Shown piece after piece: positions 54,001 to 64,000 of a DNA stretch of 64,000 bases (positions are counted from its first letter, which is position 1; each line of letters opens with the position of its first letter). The notes under the pieces are model-generated. The model saw only the letters and a program-made list of their open reading frames with translations. It was not told the DNA's origin and made no database searches. Source of the DNA: Ascidiella aspersa (taxonomy: Eukaryota); NCBI GenBank assembly GCA_963924565.1, contig OZ004607.1:25606001-25670000 (forward strand), in the 5' to 3' direction. The position numbers and the translations under genes were made by a program.

Positions 54001-57000
54001 TAACAAGGTGAGACTAGGAGAGTTTCCAATGTCAACAACCAGAGCCATAAAGTCCTTAGTTGCGTTGATGAGTGGTTTCAAATCGTCGTGGAGCTTTAGA
54101 ATATCAAAAAGTTAATCCTACATTGCATTTTAAAAGATATTTAATTCGTTTTAAAAAAGTATTATAACGAAGGCTAAATATATTAAGTTACTTTGCTGCA
54201 TTATGATAACAAGTAAGCAATATTTTGGAATGATTTTTGTGAGCTATAGGTATTTATCACTCTCATTCCCGATGTACCACGATATAATGCGGAACCGCGT
54301 TATTCATAATTACGTTGTCGTATAAGGTTTGATTGGAGATCTCGCCGGTCTCCCGTTCAATAGGTGCGTAGTCCTCGATGTTCTTTGACAGCTCGATGCT
54401 GAAAGTGTGGTCAGGGCAGTCCTGGAGCATTGTGTAGTGGCAGCGCCCGGGAAAGTCGTAGGAGGATCCGTCGAATGTGCGAATGTGGCGGCCGCTCCAG
54501 ATCGCACAAGTGGCTTCGGCGTGTCGTTTTCGTGTCGCTGTGTTGTCCGGAAAGTTTTCATGTTATATTTTCAAAACAAGTATTTTTGCCTGCGACCACA
54601 ATTTAATTTTTTGTGCAAAACACTGAACAGTTTTTATTCAAATATAACACAACAACATCATTTTAAACGTTGTATTACGTCAGGTTTTTTTCCAAAAACT
54701 ATAGTCTTTTTTTACTGCGATCACTATTTAATTGTTTGTTCAAAACATTGAACAGTTTTTGTTCAAATAATAAAACAACAACATCATTTTAAACGTTATA
54801 TCACGTTATATTGTTTTCCCAAAACGTGTTATCACATTCGTTATTGATCGTAGAGCAGTGTTCATTAGGGTTGGCTTAGCCTACCTAAAATTTCTGCTAC
54901 AAAAAATCTTTAAATCAACAAACTTGTGGCTGTCACGTCCGAGGACCGTGATCCGAACAGTATTACAAGTAAAACCACAGCCTATCCTTTAGCAAAACTG
55001 GGGTACGGGTACCTTACAAAATATGAAGGCTACTTGACTATGGCATTTAAGATTCAGCTAAAACTAACTTGTTATAATGAATAGTATATATTTTAAAGTA
55101 ATGTTTTGCGACATTGTTGGTAAATTGCAAGCTATATATTACTAAGTTCGCAGTTGGTTCCAGCGTATCCCAAGCCACAGAGACATACATCAGGAGAGAT
55201 ACACGTTCCTCCATGTTGACATCGCTTCGTGCAAATAGCTGAAACAATCGTAAATTAGTTTTTATCCTAGTAAAAAATAATTACAAAAAGAACAATATTC
55301 TGCATAAAAGGTGTTACTTTTTTTTAACCATAATTGTATTATGCGATTTGGTATGTCTCATTTTTCTGACCAAATACTGTGGCTGTAAAACTCCCCGCCT
55401 AAATTATTGCCAGGATGAAACTGAATTGCACTCAGAGTAATAAAAGTGTATCGTTATCCAGGCTGTTAAAGTAGAGCATCTAAATCAGCGGTTTCCAACA
55501 AGCGGCACGCGTGCCAAATGTGGCACGCGACCTAATAAAAAATGGCACGCAAGCCCTCCCCAAAAAAACTAAAATTGTTATTTCGCCATTTGCCAAAAAA
55601 GTTCAATTTGTTATTCAGCCAATTGTCAGAAAATACTAAGTTTGTTATACATCCAATTGTCATTGTTTGTTCACAATATAAAACAATCGCGGCAATCACG
55701 ACAACCAACAATTACTTTTAATATGGTAACATTATACTGTGTGAAGGCTAGCATTCATATATATATATATAGCTTGGTGTTAAGAAACAAGAAGTCAGCT
55801 CACCGAAAGACACTTTGATGTAGTGATGCGCATTTCTACACGACATTTTTTTTTTCAAGTTTAAATAAACGTTCTTATTTTTGGTAAAAAAGCGCTTTTA
55901 TGATTAAAAAAAATTGGTTCGGTTACGAAACTTTGGCACGGGAAGAAGTTATAAGATAAAAATTGGCACGCCGGCATGTTTGAGTTGGACACCCCTGATC
56001 TAAGTCATAAGTTTACTTGTCTTATACTTACGAAGCTCACAGGAGTGACCATGCCATTTCCCCCTGCATTTGCAAGTATCTGGTGCAACACATTCTCCGT
56101 CGTGTTTGCAATCAGGACTACAATGTGCTATTAATAAACGAAATATAAGCAATATTAGAACAACATATACATGATGAGAAAACCTTGAATCCATATGTTA
56201 GATCAGTACTTGTCAACCTTTTTTGGAATAGTACACACTTTTCCGTTTACTGAAGGTCTTACACCCCCAGTCCACGCAATGCACTTAACCGTTATAAAAT
56301 AACTAGTTAGTACCTCACAATAATGATTTATCAAGATAAACATTTGATTATGATGTCACAAATAGAACATAGCATCTTATAAGTAGGGCGAATATTTTTT
56401 GACCAAAAAAATAGGAAATTTTGACCTGAAAATTTAAATTTTGACAAAGTTTAACCTAAATATAATTCATTTTGACAAAATTTTGACCTGTTAGAAATAC
56501 ATTGATTTAAATGAGCGCGACATTAATCACGCGTTTTTTATACCGTATATTGCTCTAATAAAGATATAATACGGTTAAAATGACTTTTAACACAAATCAA
56601 AACTAAATTTTTTTGATAAAATTGAACGATAAATTTCAAAACAACTGAACGACGAATTTCAAAAAGCTGACTATATATTTTTTTTTATTTTTGTAAACGA
56701 TTTATGTGCATTTTTATTTGATTTTGACTTTACAAATTTTTGACAAATTTTGACCTAACGTGTAAATTGTGACAAAATTTTGACTTTTTTTGACAAGTCA
56801 AAAAATATTCGCCCTACTTATAAGCTATGTACGCTTAAATACATGTTGTGCCATGTATTTGTACACTACAATTAGTCAGGTAATAATACTAATTATTGTG
56901 ATACCTGTTTATAGGCTTATTGTTTTGCGGTATCATTAGACCCTAGTACACCCCATCAATGTGGTATATCCTTTAACAATTCTGGCACGCCCTGGGATGC

Positions 57001-59691
57001 ATAATACACCCGGTTGAAAAGCGCTGTGTTAGACTAATGTATATTATACATTCAACTTTAGGGCGTTGGTGTAACAACAAGATGTCCTCATATACTTACG
57101 CTGATCGCATACATCTCCTGTCCAACCCGCAAAACACTGGCAAACGTCTCGCTTCGAGCAGACACCATTCGCGCACGGGGGATCGCATATCGCTAAAAAG
57201 GACACATAATTGTTTTTTAAACGTAAGTTTTTTAAGTATATAAAATGTTTTTAGGTTATGCTTGTTTATTTTTTATTGTTATAAATAAATAACTATGATA
57301 TTGACTATTCTGGTAATTAAAGTTTTTATTGCGGTTTGAAGGACAAATGTTTACCACACGTTGAATGTATGTCTTTTTGGTGTATGAAATTTGGTGGATT
57401 GATTTACACGTATTTTAAAAAATAACACATGAACAAAAAAACTACTTTCCTGTCTGTGTTACTTTTTTTGTAAAAGTTAGCTTTAGTTGTCACCTGTTTG
57501 GCATACGGTTCCGGTAAAACCAACCGAACAAGTGCACACGTTTGGTTCACTGCAAATTCCACCGTTTATACATTCAGGGTTGCAGATAGCTGAAAACGAA
57601 AGCGATAAAAAAGGGTGTATTTAATTTTATCGGTAAAAAAGGTGTATATAAATATGTATATAAAATATAAAAAATTATAAAATATGGTTGTCAAACTTAA
57701 GCCTCAGGAGACTCCTGAGTATGCCGCGAAACTTTTTGAAATAAGCTGTAGTTCGTATTACAAATTTGCATGCCGATAAGCATGCAAGACTTACCCACTA
57801 TTACTTTAAATTACTTGTTATATATAATATTTTTTCATTATCTTGCTAGTTAGTAAGAGTTATTGTTAATTATTTATGTATTGGGTATTTTATATATAAA
57901 TAGAAAGTTTTCCGCTATTTTTGACTTTTTGTTATTCCCCTGCAAGCTAAAGGGCCATATGGCCCCATGGTTGGAAACCCCTGGCTTAGGCTACGACTTA
58001 CGTGCGTTGCACTCTACTCCCTTCCAGCCGTGTTCGCAAAAACAGAGGTTCGGAGCCTTGCAAGTGCCGTGAACACAGCTGTTTGCACAAGTAACTGTAT
58101 GACAAATAGATTTGCATATCAACACTAAAATCCAATAAACACCTATTCGGGTAAAAAATCATTTAACAATATTTTCAGAAATAGGTGTTTTTGAATAGTA
58201 TGTTCTCTTTAGCGCAGGGTTAATCGGAGGTCAAATTTAAAAACGTTAGGATGCCTCAAAATCGGTGCTAGCCGATATTGACTGTGTAACAACTGTTACA
58301 ATTTACCTTATTCATATTTTAGGACCAAAACTACAGGTATTGCAGCAAGATTTCGCAAAGGGCGAAAAAAAGCATGACTTTTATTCCAAATAAACTGATT
58401 TCATAGTTTATAAAGCGTTGTACAAGATAGACTGCGCATATCTAAGTTTCAAACAAAATAAAGTGTAACAATACTTACATTGTGTGCAGTCCGGTCCGAA
58501 CCAGTCGTTAATGCACGCGCAGGTGTCGGTTTTGATGCATTGCCCGCCATTTTTGCATGGCAGTCGGCACAAAGCTAAAACATAAACGCAAAAATGAATT
58601 AATATTGCGTCACACTCTGGTTAGCCTAACCAGCAGTCAGGTATGACCATGTGTATTAATAGTTTAAATGAGCGTTCAGCCGTTCACCTAACTAAGCGGT
58701 CAGTTATTATTTGACCCCACCGAAACACCGTATCACTGCACCATATTACCCTGGCGAACCGGGAACCGAACAGCACCCTTTTTGGTTGTTTAGGTTTTCT
58801 TACTTAAAGTATTTATGCTATATTTTGTGGCACTTAAAAAGAGCTTAGTAGGTACTTTATTCAGAATATTTAAGCAATCACGTTTATTTCCAGCTTGATC
58901 CTGCAGCTGACTTCTTCGAACAAAACCTACAAGGTCTTCACTTGCATTTTTAGTTTCTTTTAAAATCGAACCAGCCAAGTTGATAAGTCCTCCAATACGT
59001 GAACTGAATAAAATAACGAAAATTGTTTGAATTTTTCCATCAATATCATATATTGATAGATAAAGTGAAATACGTAAAAATCACGCTGATTAAAGTTTTC
59101 TCTAAACTAAAAAAAGATCAATCGTTCAATCACACAGCCTTAAAACATTAGTTAAAATATCATTTTTTCCTTAAGGTGGACTTGCCTCATAATTCATTCT
59201 TGGTTTCTCAGGACTAATTTTAAAAGTTAAATGGGAGGCATTTTGAACTATATATACCTGTTGTTATTTTGAGCACTCGCCAACAGGAAACCTAAAAAAA
59301 ATATAATGGTTACGCAACATAGAAAAATAGTCAGATAGCAGTAGGCTAGGTATACATCAGCATATCTCACCAAGATTTGCTAATTAAAAACTACAGAGAA
59401 ACTTCGTTAAACCTCGAAGAACGAGGCGAAAGATAAAATCAATAGCCGTACAACACACATAATAATGCTGCATTTTTAGTTGATTAACTTCAAAAATATT
59501 TTCTTATTTAAAATCTGGAGTAAAACTAATGGTTATAACGTGTTCTTTCTGGATGTGCAAAAGATTGAAAAGGAAATTTAAAGCGGTTTAAGTCAACAAC
59601 GATTTCGTACAAAATCTAATAGCTATACCTTACCAGTTTGACATAAGGTTATTGCTAGAAGCGTTGTAAGCATCCAACGATCCGATTTCAT
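248..59691 (-). CDS. Giant multi-exon VWF-like/gel-forming-mucin-like secreted protein (SP-EGFx6-D1-D2-D'-D3-VWAx24-CysD-VWA-D4...); 3' end lies outside the window
   Basis: About 114 GT-AG exons joined with consistent phases and no stops. Contains VWD motifs (GDPHY.TFDG, CGLCG), C8/TIL cysteine patterns and 25 VWA folds. Domain order parallels VWF D1-D2-D'-D3-A..-D4. Confidence 0.9.
3610..5542 (-). CDS. VWA25 and Thr-rich linker exons
   Basis: 5367-5542 ([14 protein letters not shown]), 4841-5014, 4290-4530; linkers 3829-3981 and 3610-3707. Confidence 0.85.
5869..6770 (-). CDS. Mucin CysD-like domain (three exons)
   Basis: 6699-6770, 6428-6552 and 5869-6037 join to CECYWTTPTSNH...GDFERW...GICRPG...CDLN...[11 protein letters not shown], matching the CysD pattern C.W..., GD.E and CYDY.I.V.CC. 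Confidence 0.75.
6951..7242. mobile_element. hAT (Charlie-like) MITE
   Basis: TIR cagtggttccaaacc...ggttgagaaccagtg; flanks gcgtagaa/gcgtagag. Confidence 0.8.
7416..12175 (-). CDS. End of VWA21 and VWA22-VWA24, with a Thr/Pro/Gly repeat linker
   Basis: 11929-12175, 11536-11769, 11152-11404; 10660-11036 (repeat, then [15 protein letters not shown]), 9941-10162, 9076-9310; 8683-8825, 7980-8207 ([14 protein letters not shown]), 7416-7638. Confidence 0.85.
9459..9864. mobile_element. hAT-type MITE, family A, copy 1
   Basis: TIR tagggcgaata...tattcgcccta; perfect 8-bp TSD cttatcag; internal gtcaaaattt subrepeats; reverse-complement homolog at 56384-56816. Confidence 0.9.
10240..10589. mobile_element. 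hAT-type MITE
   Basis: TIR cagggctgcgga...tcggagccctg; perfect TSD cttgaaat. Confidence 0.85.
10820..11030 (-). repeat. Coding 24-bp tandem repeat, (GPTGPTTT)n
   Basis: Repeated ttggaccagttgg.cc.gtagttg units within exon 10660-11036. Confidence 0.9.
12600..15181 (-). CDS. Giant exon B (2582 nt): end of VWA17, VWA18-VWA20 and most of VWA21
   Basis: ORF 12572-15220. Domain starts [36 protein letters not shown] and [10 protein letters not shown]. Confidence 0.88.
15439..20979 (-). CDS. VWA15, VWA16 and first part of VWA17, with linkers
   Basis: VWA15 20849-20979, 20450-20627, 19852-20151; linkers 19219-19290 and 19077-19145; VWA16 18626-18774, 17877-18054, 16944-17426; linker 16426-16521; VWA17 15965-16140 and 15439-15651. 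Confidence 0.85.
17128..17235 (-). repeat. Coding 12-bp repeat, (xVNG)9
   Basis: [36 protein letters not shown] in exon 16944-17426. Confidence 0.9.
21210..29903 (-). CDS. VWA10-VWA14: recently duplicated five-exon modules
   Basis: First exons at 29758-29903, 28059-28204, 26127-26272, 24100-24245 and 22254-22399 ([17 protein letters not shown]). Units 10-13 are 146+178+288+30+84 nt = 242 codons. Confidence 0.9.
21530..29903. repeat. Tandem segmental duplication, about 5 units of 1.7-2.0 kb including introns
   Basis: Near-identical exons and alignable introns recur at spacings of 1846, 2027, 1932 and 1699 bp between first exons. Confidence 0.92.
29970..35230 (-). CDS. VWA7-VWA9 with Pro/Gly insertions and Thr-rich linker exons
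   Basis: VWA7 35085-35230, 34757-34937, 34003-34422; linker 33720-33860; VWA8 33494-33645, 33208-33385, 32085-32714; linker 31809-31940; VWA9 31573-31703, 31244-31424, 30575-30871; micro-exons 30165-30188 and 29970-30014. Confidence 0.85.
32350..32560 (-). repeat. Coding ~21-bp repeat, (GGGPPMG)n
   Basis: Repeated ccaccacctcccatcggaggt units in exon 32085-32714. Confidence 0.9.
35729..39206 (-). CDS. VWA5 and VWA6 with linker exons
   Basis: 27-nt exon 39180-39206; VWA5 38567-38715, 38123-38309, 37680-37967; linker 37425-37484; VWA6 37141-37268 (VDASAS), 36442-36678 (GTTNL, VFTDG), 35729-35993. Confidence 0.85.
39617..42795 (-). CDS. Giant exon A (3179 nt): Thr/Pro linker plus VWA1-VWA4
   Basis: ORF 39597-42773. 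Four Cys-bracketed VWA folds start [35 protein letters not shown] and [12 protein letters not shown]. Ends at a gtgag donor at 39616. Confidence 0.88.
40335..40525 (-). repeat. Coding 36-bp repeat, ([12 protein letters not shown])-like, about 5-6 copies
   Basis: Seen in the ORF 39597-42773 translation between VWA3 and VWA4. Confidence 0.8.
43049..46195 (-). CDS. D' and D3 assemblies
   Basis: 46079-46195 and 45804-45951 (TIL'/E'), 45205-45343 ([10 protein letters not shown]), 44821-44968, 44550-44710, 44297-44407 ([12 protein letters not shown]), 44031-44159, 43716-43872 (GGDCECFC), 43430-43591 and 43049-43163. Confidence 0.9.
46364..51110 (-). CDS. D2 assembly (VWD-C8-TIL-E) ending in a basic furin-like segment
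   Basis: Exons 50946-51110 ([14 protein letters not shown]), 50437-50642, 49540-49651, 49274-49347 ([10 protein letters not shown]), 48741-48854, 47658-47873 (C8), 46740-46977 (TIL) and 46364-46446 (...GGRGGRRN). Confidence 0.9.
51465..54537 (-). CDS. D1 assembly (VWD-C8-TIL)
   Basis: Exons 54314-54537 ([25 protein letters not shown]), 53969-54093, 53333-53544 ([12 protein letters not shown]), 52904-53028, 52519-52641, 52105-52210 (C8) and 51465-51702 (TIL). Confidence 0.9.
55143..58574 (-). CDS. Six single-exon EGF-like domains
   Basis: Phase 1-1 exons of 93-96 nt at 58479-58574, 58002-58094, 57494-57589, 57100-57192, 56032-56127 and 55143-55238, e.g. [31 protein letters not shown]. Confidence 0.92.
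55486..55997. mobile_element. hAT-type MITE
   Basis: TIR cagcggtttccaac...gttggacacccctg; subterminal ggcacg repeats; flanks atctaaat/atctaagt. Confidence 0.8.
56204..57026. mobile_element. Older hAT-type MITE hosting family A copy 2
   Basis: Ends cagtacttgtcaacc...ggttgaaaagcgctg; flanks tgttagat/tgttagac. Confidence 0.7.
56384..56816. mobile_element. hAT-type MITE, family A, copy 2 (opposite orientation, nested)
   Basis: Same TIRs as copy 1; perfect TSD cttataag. Confidence 0.9.
58927..59691 (-). CDS. Exons 1-3: signal peptide and N-terminal segment
   Basis: 59634-59691 [19 protein letters not shown]|gtaag; 59258-59291 [11 protein letters not shown]; third exon ends at 59003 ([18 protein letters not shown]...), with a donor at 58927 or 58882, both phase 1. 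Hydrophobic core ends in an A-S-A cleavage motif. Confidence 0.7.
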
Positions 59692-61743
59692 AGCAAATTT
59701 TGCCTACCGAGGGGTGCGGGCGTGATGGTTGTCATAAACTGTCAAACTGTTGCCGTTTGTCTGGTTAAAAATCTAGCAAAGAACGTTTAACTGTCACCCG
59801 CTTACATCGACAGAAGCAGTTAAATTGTCCTTGGAAATTGCTGCTTCCTTTTTCCCCGCGGAAGCGGCAATTAATGACTTTACGCCAACCCAAGTAGTAC
59901 TTCCAATGGCGTTCACGCGTTTCCCGAAAAAAAGCAGTCTAGCTTACTTCAATTCGCAATTCGTCTGCAAAAGCAAAGAATTTGGCCGGTAACATAAAAT
60001 TTCTGCGAAAGGAAATTAAGGAGTAATCGTTTACGCACAGAAAGTAGCACATTTATGTTGCTTTTGGCAGACATGATTACGTGTTGTCAATAACAATTTA
60101 AAACTTGGGGGTTTAAACGGGATAATTAATCATATCGTTAATTTTTTTATTATTTGGAGCTTGGTTAAGTGGCAAGTTCGTCAGTTGTGGTTTGCAATAT
60201 AAGATGTCACAGTAACCAGCAAACATGATAACCCTCTTTAAAAGATAGGTTGGTAATTGACACATAGTTTAAAACGAAGCCAAAAGGTACGAAATGTCGA
60301 TTAATATTCAAAGAGTAGAAGACGAAGTCCATGGTACTGTCGCGGCTTGTTTTTCTCGTAACAATCACTCGCGTCAATCACACGGTCATGTGAGCTGTAA
60401 ATCTGCCCGATAATGAAGTGCGACGAGGTCGACCACCAATAAATCACCTCTTTTCGTTGAACTTGACGTTTGTGCACTTTCCCGCAGCCCGAAATCCGCT
60501 CCCCGATCGGAAACTAGAATTTAATTTCGTACGATCAACCAACGCATTCCTTGCAATCAATTCTCACTACATTTATGGGTCAACAGGGTTGTGTTCACAA
60601 GATACTTTACAAGATTGTCATTACAAAGCTAAAAAGAGAAGAAGGAACCATATCAAGTGAGTCGGAGCACGTCGTATTTAAAATTACCTGAATTTAGCGC
60701 GGAATTACACATAAATTCCTCTACTATATAGAGCCAGGGGCGGCTCCCCTGGGCTCTTCCATATATATATATATATAGGAGTTTTCTCTTTCTACACTCT
60801 TCTTTCTTTTTATGACGCCATATCATCTTGGTCAACTTGTGGCTAATGCGCCAAATACTTAAGAAGTGCGAATTGCAAAAATGAAATATGTCGAATCATC
60901 TCATTATAAATCAGTTTGTTTATTGAAAGTGTTGGGGGCTTAAAATTGCCATCTGTTAAGCGATCATGTTTAAGGTAAAACAGCAAACACCACTGTTAAT
61001 ATTTATTTTGGAAAAGTTTTTTTTATAAATGGTCTTGTCTTTTGTAGCTCACCAAAGGTAAAACAATAAGATTTAAAGTGGTTAAAGAACTGTTCTTGCA
61101 CATGTACACATGCACATGTAAAATGTTAAGCGCATGTGCATGTAGGCTAATTGAAAAAAAAACAGAAGGTCAAAAATACTAGATACTTTTCTACAAATAT
61201 TATTTTAAGTAGGTTTCGGCATTATTAGCACTTTCTGTATAACATTCTCTATTTACCAGGCACGAGGTAATGATCAGGCCATCGTTCCTTGGCGTTACAT
61301 TTAGACATAGCTTTGTGACGTTATGTTTTTAAACAACTCTTGGTCGTCACGTTTGGACGTATTTGTGACGCCTTCTCCAAAAAATACATGTCTCATCAAT
61401 AAAAATCTTGATTCCTCCCTTTTTTATAATAGCATTTTGACAGTTTTTATAATAGCATTTTGACACACAAGGTTTGAAGTTTTTATTATGAGATTAGTAT
61501 GCTGGTGAATCCTTACTTGTAAATATATGCCTATACCCATCACTGAGTTTGTACAAGCATAAATCAGGAAAAGTCAACAAACTGCATCACCCCTTTATCA
61601 GGCCACCCGCGAGCAAAGTGCTACATATGCAGAAAAAGGGTAAAGCTTTTAATAATTAACATAAACGTTCCTTCACCGCACAGGTATTTGGAATACATCT
61701 AGTAGTCAATTGAGAAGGCTATTTCTATATAAACTTGGTGAAT

Positions 61744-64000
61744 ATGGTTAACAAGGCCGTGCTTTTGGTTTCCGCAGTTGGAATTGTTATAGTCACGACG
61801 ATTTGCGCTCTCGTTGTGACCCTTGTGCCTTCGGACGCCCCAGGTAAGCTTAGGTTTAAAATTATAATCCACAACGGTTGCTTGACTTTCTTTGTTACAA
61901 AAAATAGCCTATTGTTTGGTTTATCGAAAATGTTTAATGGACTGTTAATTGCTAACTTACAACCGACAGTTCGTTAAGTTTAAACCTATATTAAAACTAC
62001 TAAAAATCGACAAAAACGGGTACGATAATATGGACTCCAGCATTAAGGCCGAGATAAAAACAACACCAACGTCAGAATAAAACACACTTCAGAATAAGGC
62101 TAAAATAGGACTAATACCTAATGGTATGAGTACGGTCTAAATCGGAATATGTCCTAAATTCGTCGGAATAAGACCTAAAAAGTCAAAATCAGGCCTAAAC
62201 AACACTTTAACTAACCCCAAACCCCAACCCTAAGTATATCACTAACTCCCCTAATAATGTCAAGACTATCCCATTTTCCAACCCCACCCATTACCCACCA
62301 ATAACCCCTAACAGGACCAAAAATCCGGTGCCAAACAGCGGCGCCCTGACGGCGCCGGTCAAACTAGGGCGTCCAAACGTAGTCACCATAACGGCCGATG
62401 CCAGACCGAGGCCTCCAATCGTCTCATACCCTCTACCCACAGGTTCGGGCGTTACTTGGGACATTTAGGCCTTCTTCTGATGAATTTAGGCCTAATTCTG
62501 ATGTATTTAGGCCTTATTCCGGTAAATTTAGGCCTTATTCCGATGAAATTAGGTCTTATTCCGACAGACTTAGGTCTTATTCAGACGATTTTGATCTTAA
62601 TCTGTACTGGATATTACTGCGTATTTGGCATTATTATGACGTTAGTCCTAACACTATGGTTTTATAGATTTTTCTGCTTTTGGTATTGTTGCTTTTTAGG
62701 TCTTATTCAGGGACGTGCAGTCAGGGGAGGCAGGTGAGGCACTGCCTCACCTGTCAACAGCTGGCAAAGCAAAATATATATTAAGCAAAAGTTAAATCTA
62801 CGTTTCTATACCTAAATCGTGCTTTATTTTTTCCTTCTATTTCTGTTGCGTTATTTATATCAAGCGTTCACGCGGTCAAAATCGTTGAAATACGCTAAGT
62901 GAGGCAGCGCCAAGCAGTGCCTCTCTTCAGATCGCATAAGTGCTATACACTGCATTATGCGTACCTTTTTCTTTCGCAAATTCTCTCGGAAAACATGATG
63001 AACGATTTAGCTATGATTTGAGGCATGCCTCAATTGTTACGTCCCAGCAATAAAACCTTTCTTCGTCCAGCTTGAATGCCCGCATAGTACGTATACATTG
63101 ACTTCTTGTAGTGTAAATCTCTAAAGTTGAAGTCATAATTAAAGGCAGACCTGTTGCAAATTTAAAACTTTTGCATCAGACGACTGGACAAAAAAAAATA
63201 ACACGCAACTTTCAAAGAGATTGGTAAAAAAGGAGTGGATGTGTGGCTGTAATACGCCAGGGGGGCCATGGCCACCCAAAAATTTACAAATATTGTACTT
63301 AATAATAATTTGTTTTGTGCTTTTATCAGCAGTACCACAACAGTCGATAACAGGCTTGCCACGCTATTAAATGTCATGCACTGTTACGTCATAAAAGATG
63401 TAGTCATTATTACGTTTGCTATATAATGTAGTTTTACTATACTTTTTAATCATTTTGTTTTTGCTCTCTGAATAGTTTTTGATTTTTTTTTTGTAATTTT
63501 TATTAGTACGTTACCGTTTTTGTGGTTGTTAAAGAAAAAAGTGACTCGAAAAATGTTGTGCCTCACCATCTAGCAACCTCACCGCACGTCACTGGTCTTA
63601 TTGTGTGTTCCCGATAATATACACAAAATCGTGTACCGTAGGCATTATTTATCTGGTAAATAAAATGCTGCATTAATCGCTATAAAATGTTGCCATTTCT
63701 TCCTTCTAAATCAAAACGTATGGAGGTTTTTATTAAATAGGGTTTAGTATTAGGTAACGACTATTTTTCTATTTTTTTAGCATTCTTTTGTTCAAGGTTT
63801 AACCATAGAGAAACGACGGGCAATTTTTTATAACTTTTTCAAGCGTATCGTTTGAAGTCGAGCGTTTCCAATCTGTACCTAATGCAATTTCAACGGAGGC
63901 GTGTATGTTTTAGTTAAAGACAATGGCGACGTCCAGCCAATTCGGACTTGCGCGCATCGCCAGTTTGATGAGGAGTCGACGGTGTGCGTCTGCAACTCAA
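61744..64000 (+). CDS. GBA: Glucosylceramidase-like (GH30) gene, first two coding exons, partial
   Basis: Exon 61744-61843 (MVNKAVLLVSAVGIVIVTTICALVVTLVPSDAP|gtaag) splices in phase 1 to 63914-64000 (VKDNGDVQPIRTCAHRQFDEESTVCVCNS), matching the GBA N-terminal motif RPC...F..SSVVCVCN. Confidence 0.8.
62017..62707. repeat. Fold-back-like repeat with opposed ~21-bp arrays
   Basis: ttaggccttattccg-type units at 62460-62590; their reverse complements (gaataagacctaaa) at ~62090-62200; C-rich taacccc spacer between them. Confidence 0.6.
62708..63594. mobile_element. hAT-type non-autonomous element in the GBA-like intron
   Basis: TIR cagggacgtgc...gcacgtcactg; perfect TSD gtcttatt; internal gaggca/tgcctc repeats. 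Confidence 0.85.

Noticed and set aside
54625-54805. Local intronic direct duplication (~125-bp period); small doublets also at ~53160 and ~61430
   Set aside because: Ordinary slippage duplications with no sign of function.
58749-58780. Possible micro-exon (GCCSVPGSP)
   Set aside because: Poor polypyrimidine tract, and exon 3 already joins EGF1 in frame.
248-59691. Assigning the gene symbol VWF or MUC
   Set aside because: The architecture matches neither exactly, and orthology needs a phylogeny.
62398-62737. ORFs with 7-residue periodicity (FRPYSDE / LGLIP)
   Set aside because: By-products of the 21-bp intronic repeat.

Overview
Eukaryotic, AT-rich animal genomic DNA with short introns; an invertebrate such as an ascidian is plausible but cannot be proven from sequence. 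About 59.4 kb is one giant minus-strand gene, from an ATG at 59691 off the left edge of the window. I traced about 114 GT-AG exons by hand with consistent phases, giving about 24 kb of coding sequence (about 8,000 codons), still without the C-terminus. The predicted secreted protein is: signal peptide, 6 EGF, VWD assemblies D1-D2, an RRNR furin-like site, D'-D3, 24 VWA domains separated by Thr/Pro-rich linkers, a mucin CysD-like domain, a 25th VWA, then D4. It is therefore a VWF-type D'D3...D4 frame whose A-domain block has expanded from 3 to 25 and is mixed with gel-forming-mucin parts. Part of the array (about 21.5-29.9 kb) is a recent ~1.9-kb tandem duplication that includes the introns. 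A GH30 glucosylceramidase (GBA-like) gene starts head-to-head on the + strand (61744 to window end). Introns carry several hAT-type MITEs with 8-bp TSDs, two of them nested. Most short ORFs in the track are exon fragments or antisense shadows. Exon coordinates were read manually and may be off by a few bases.
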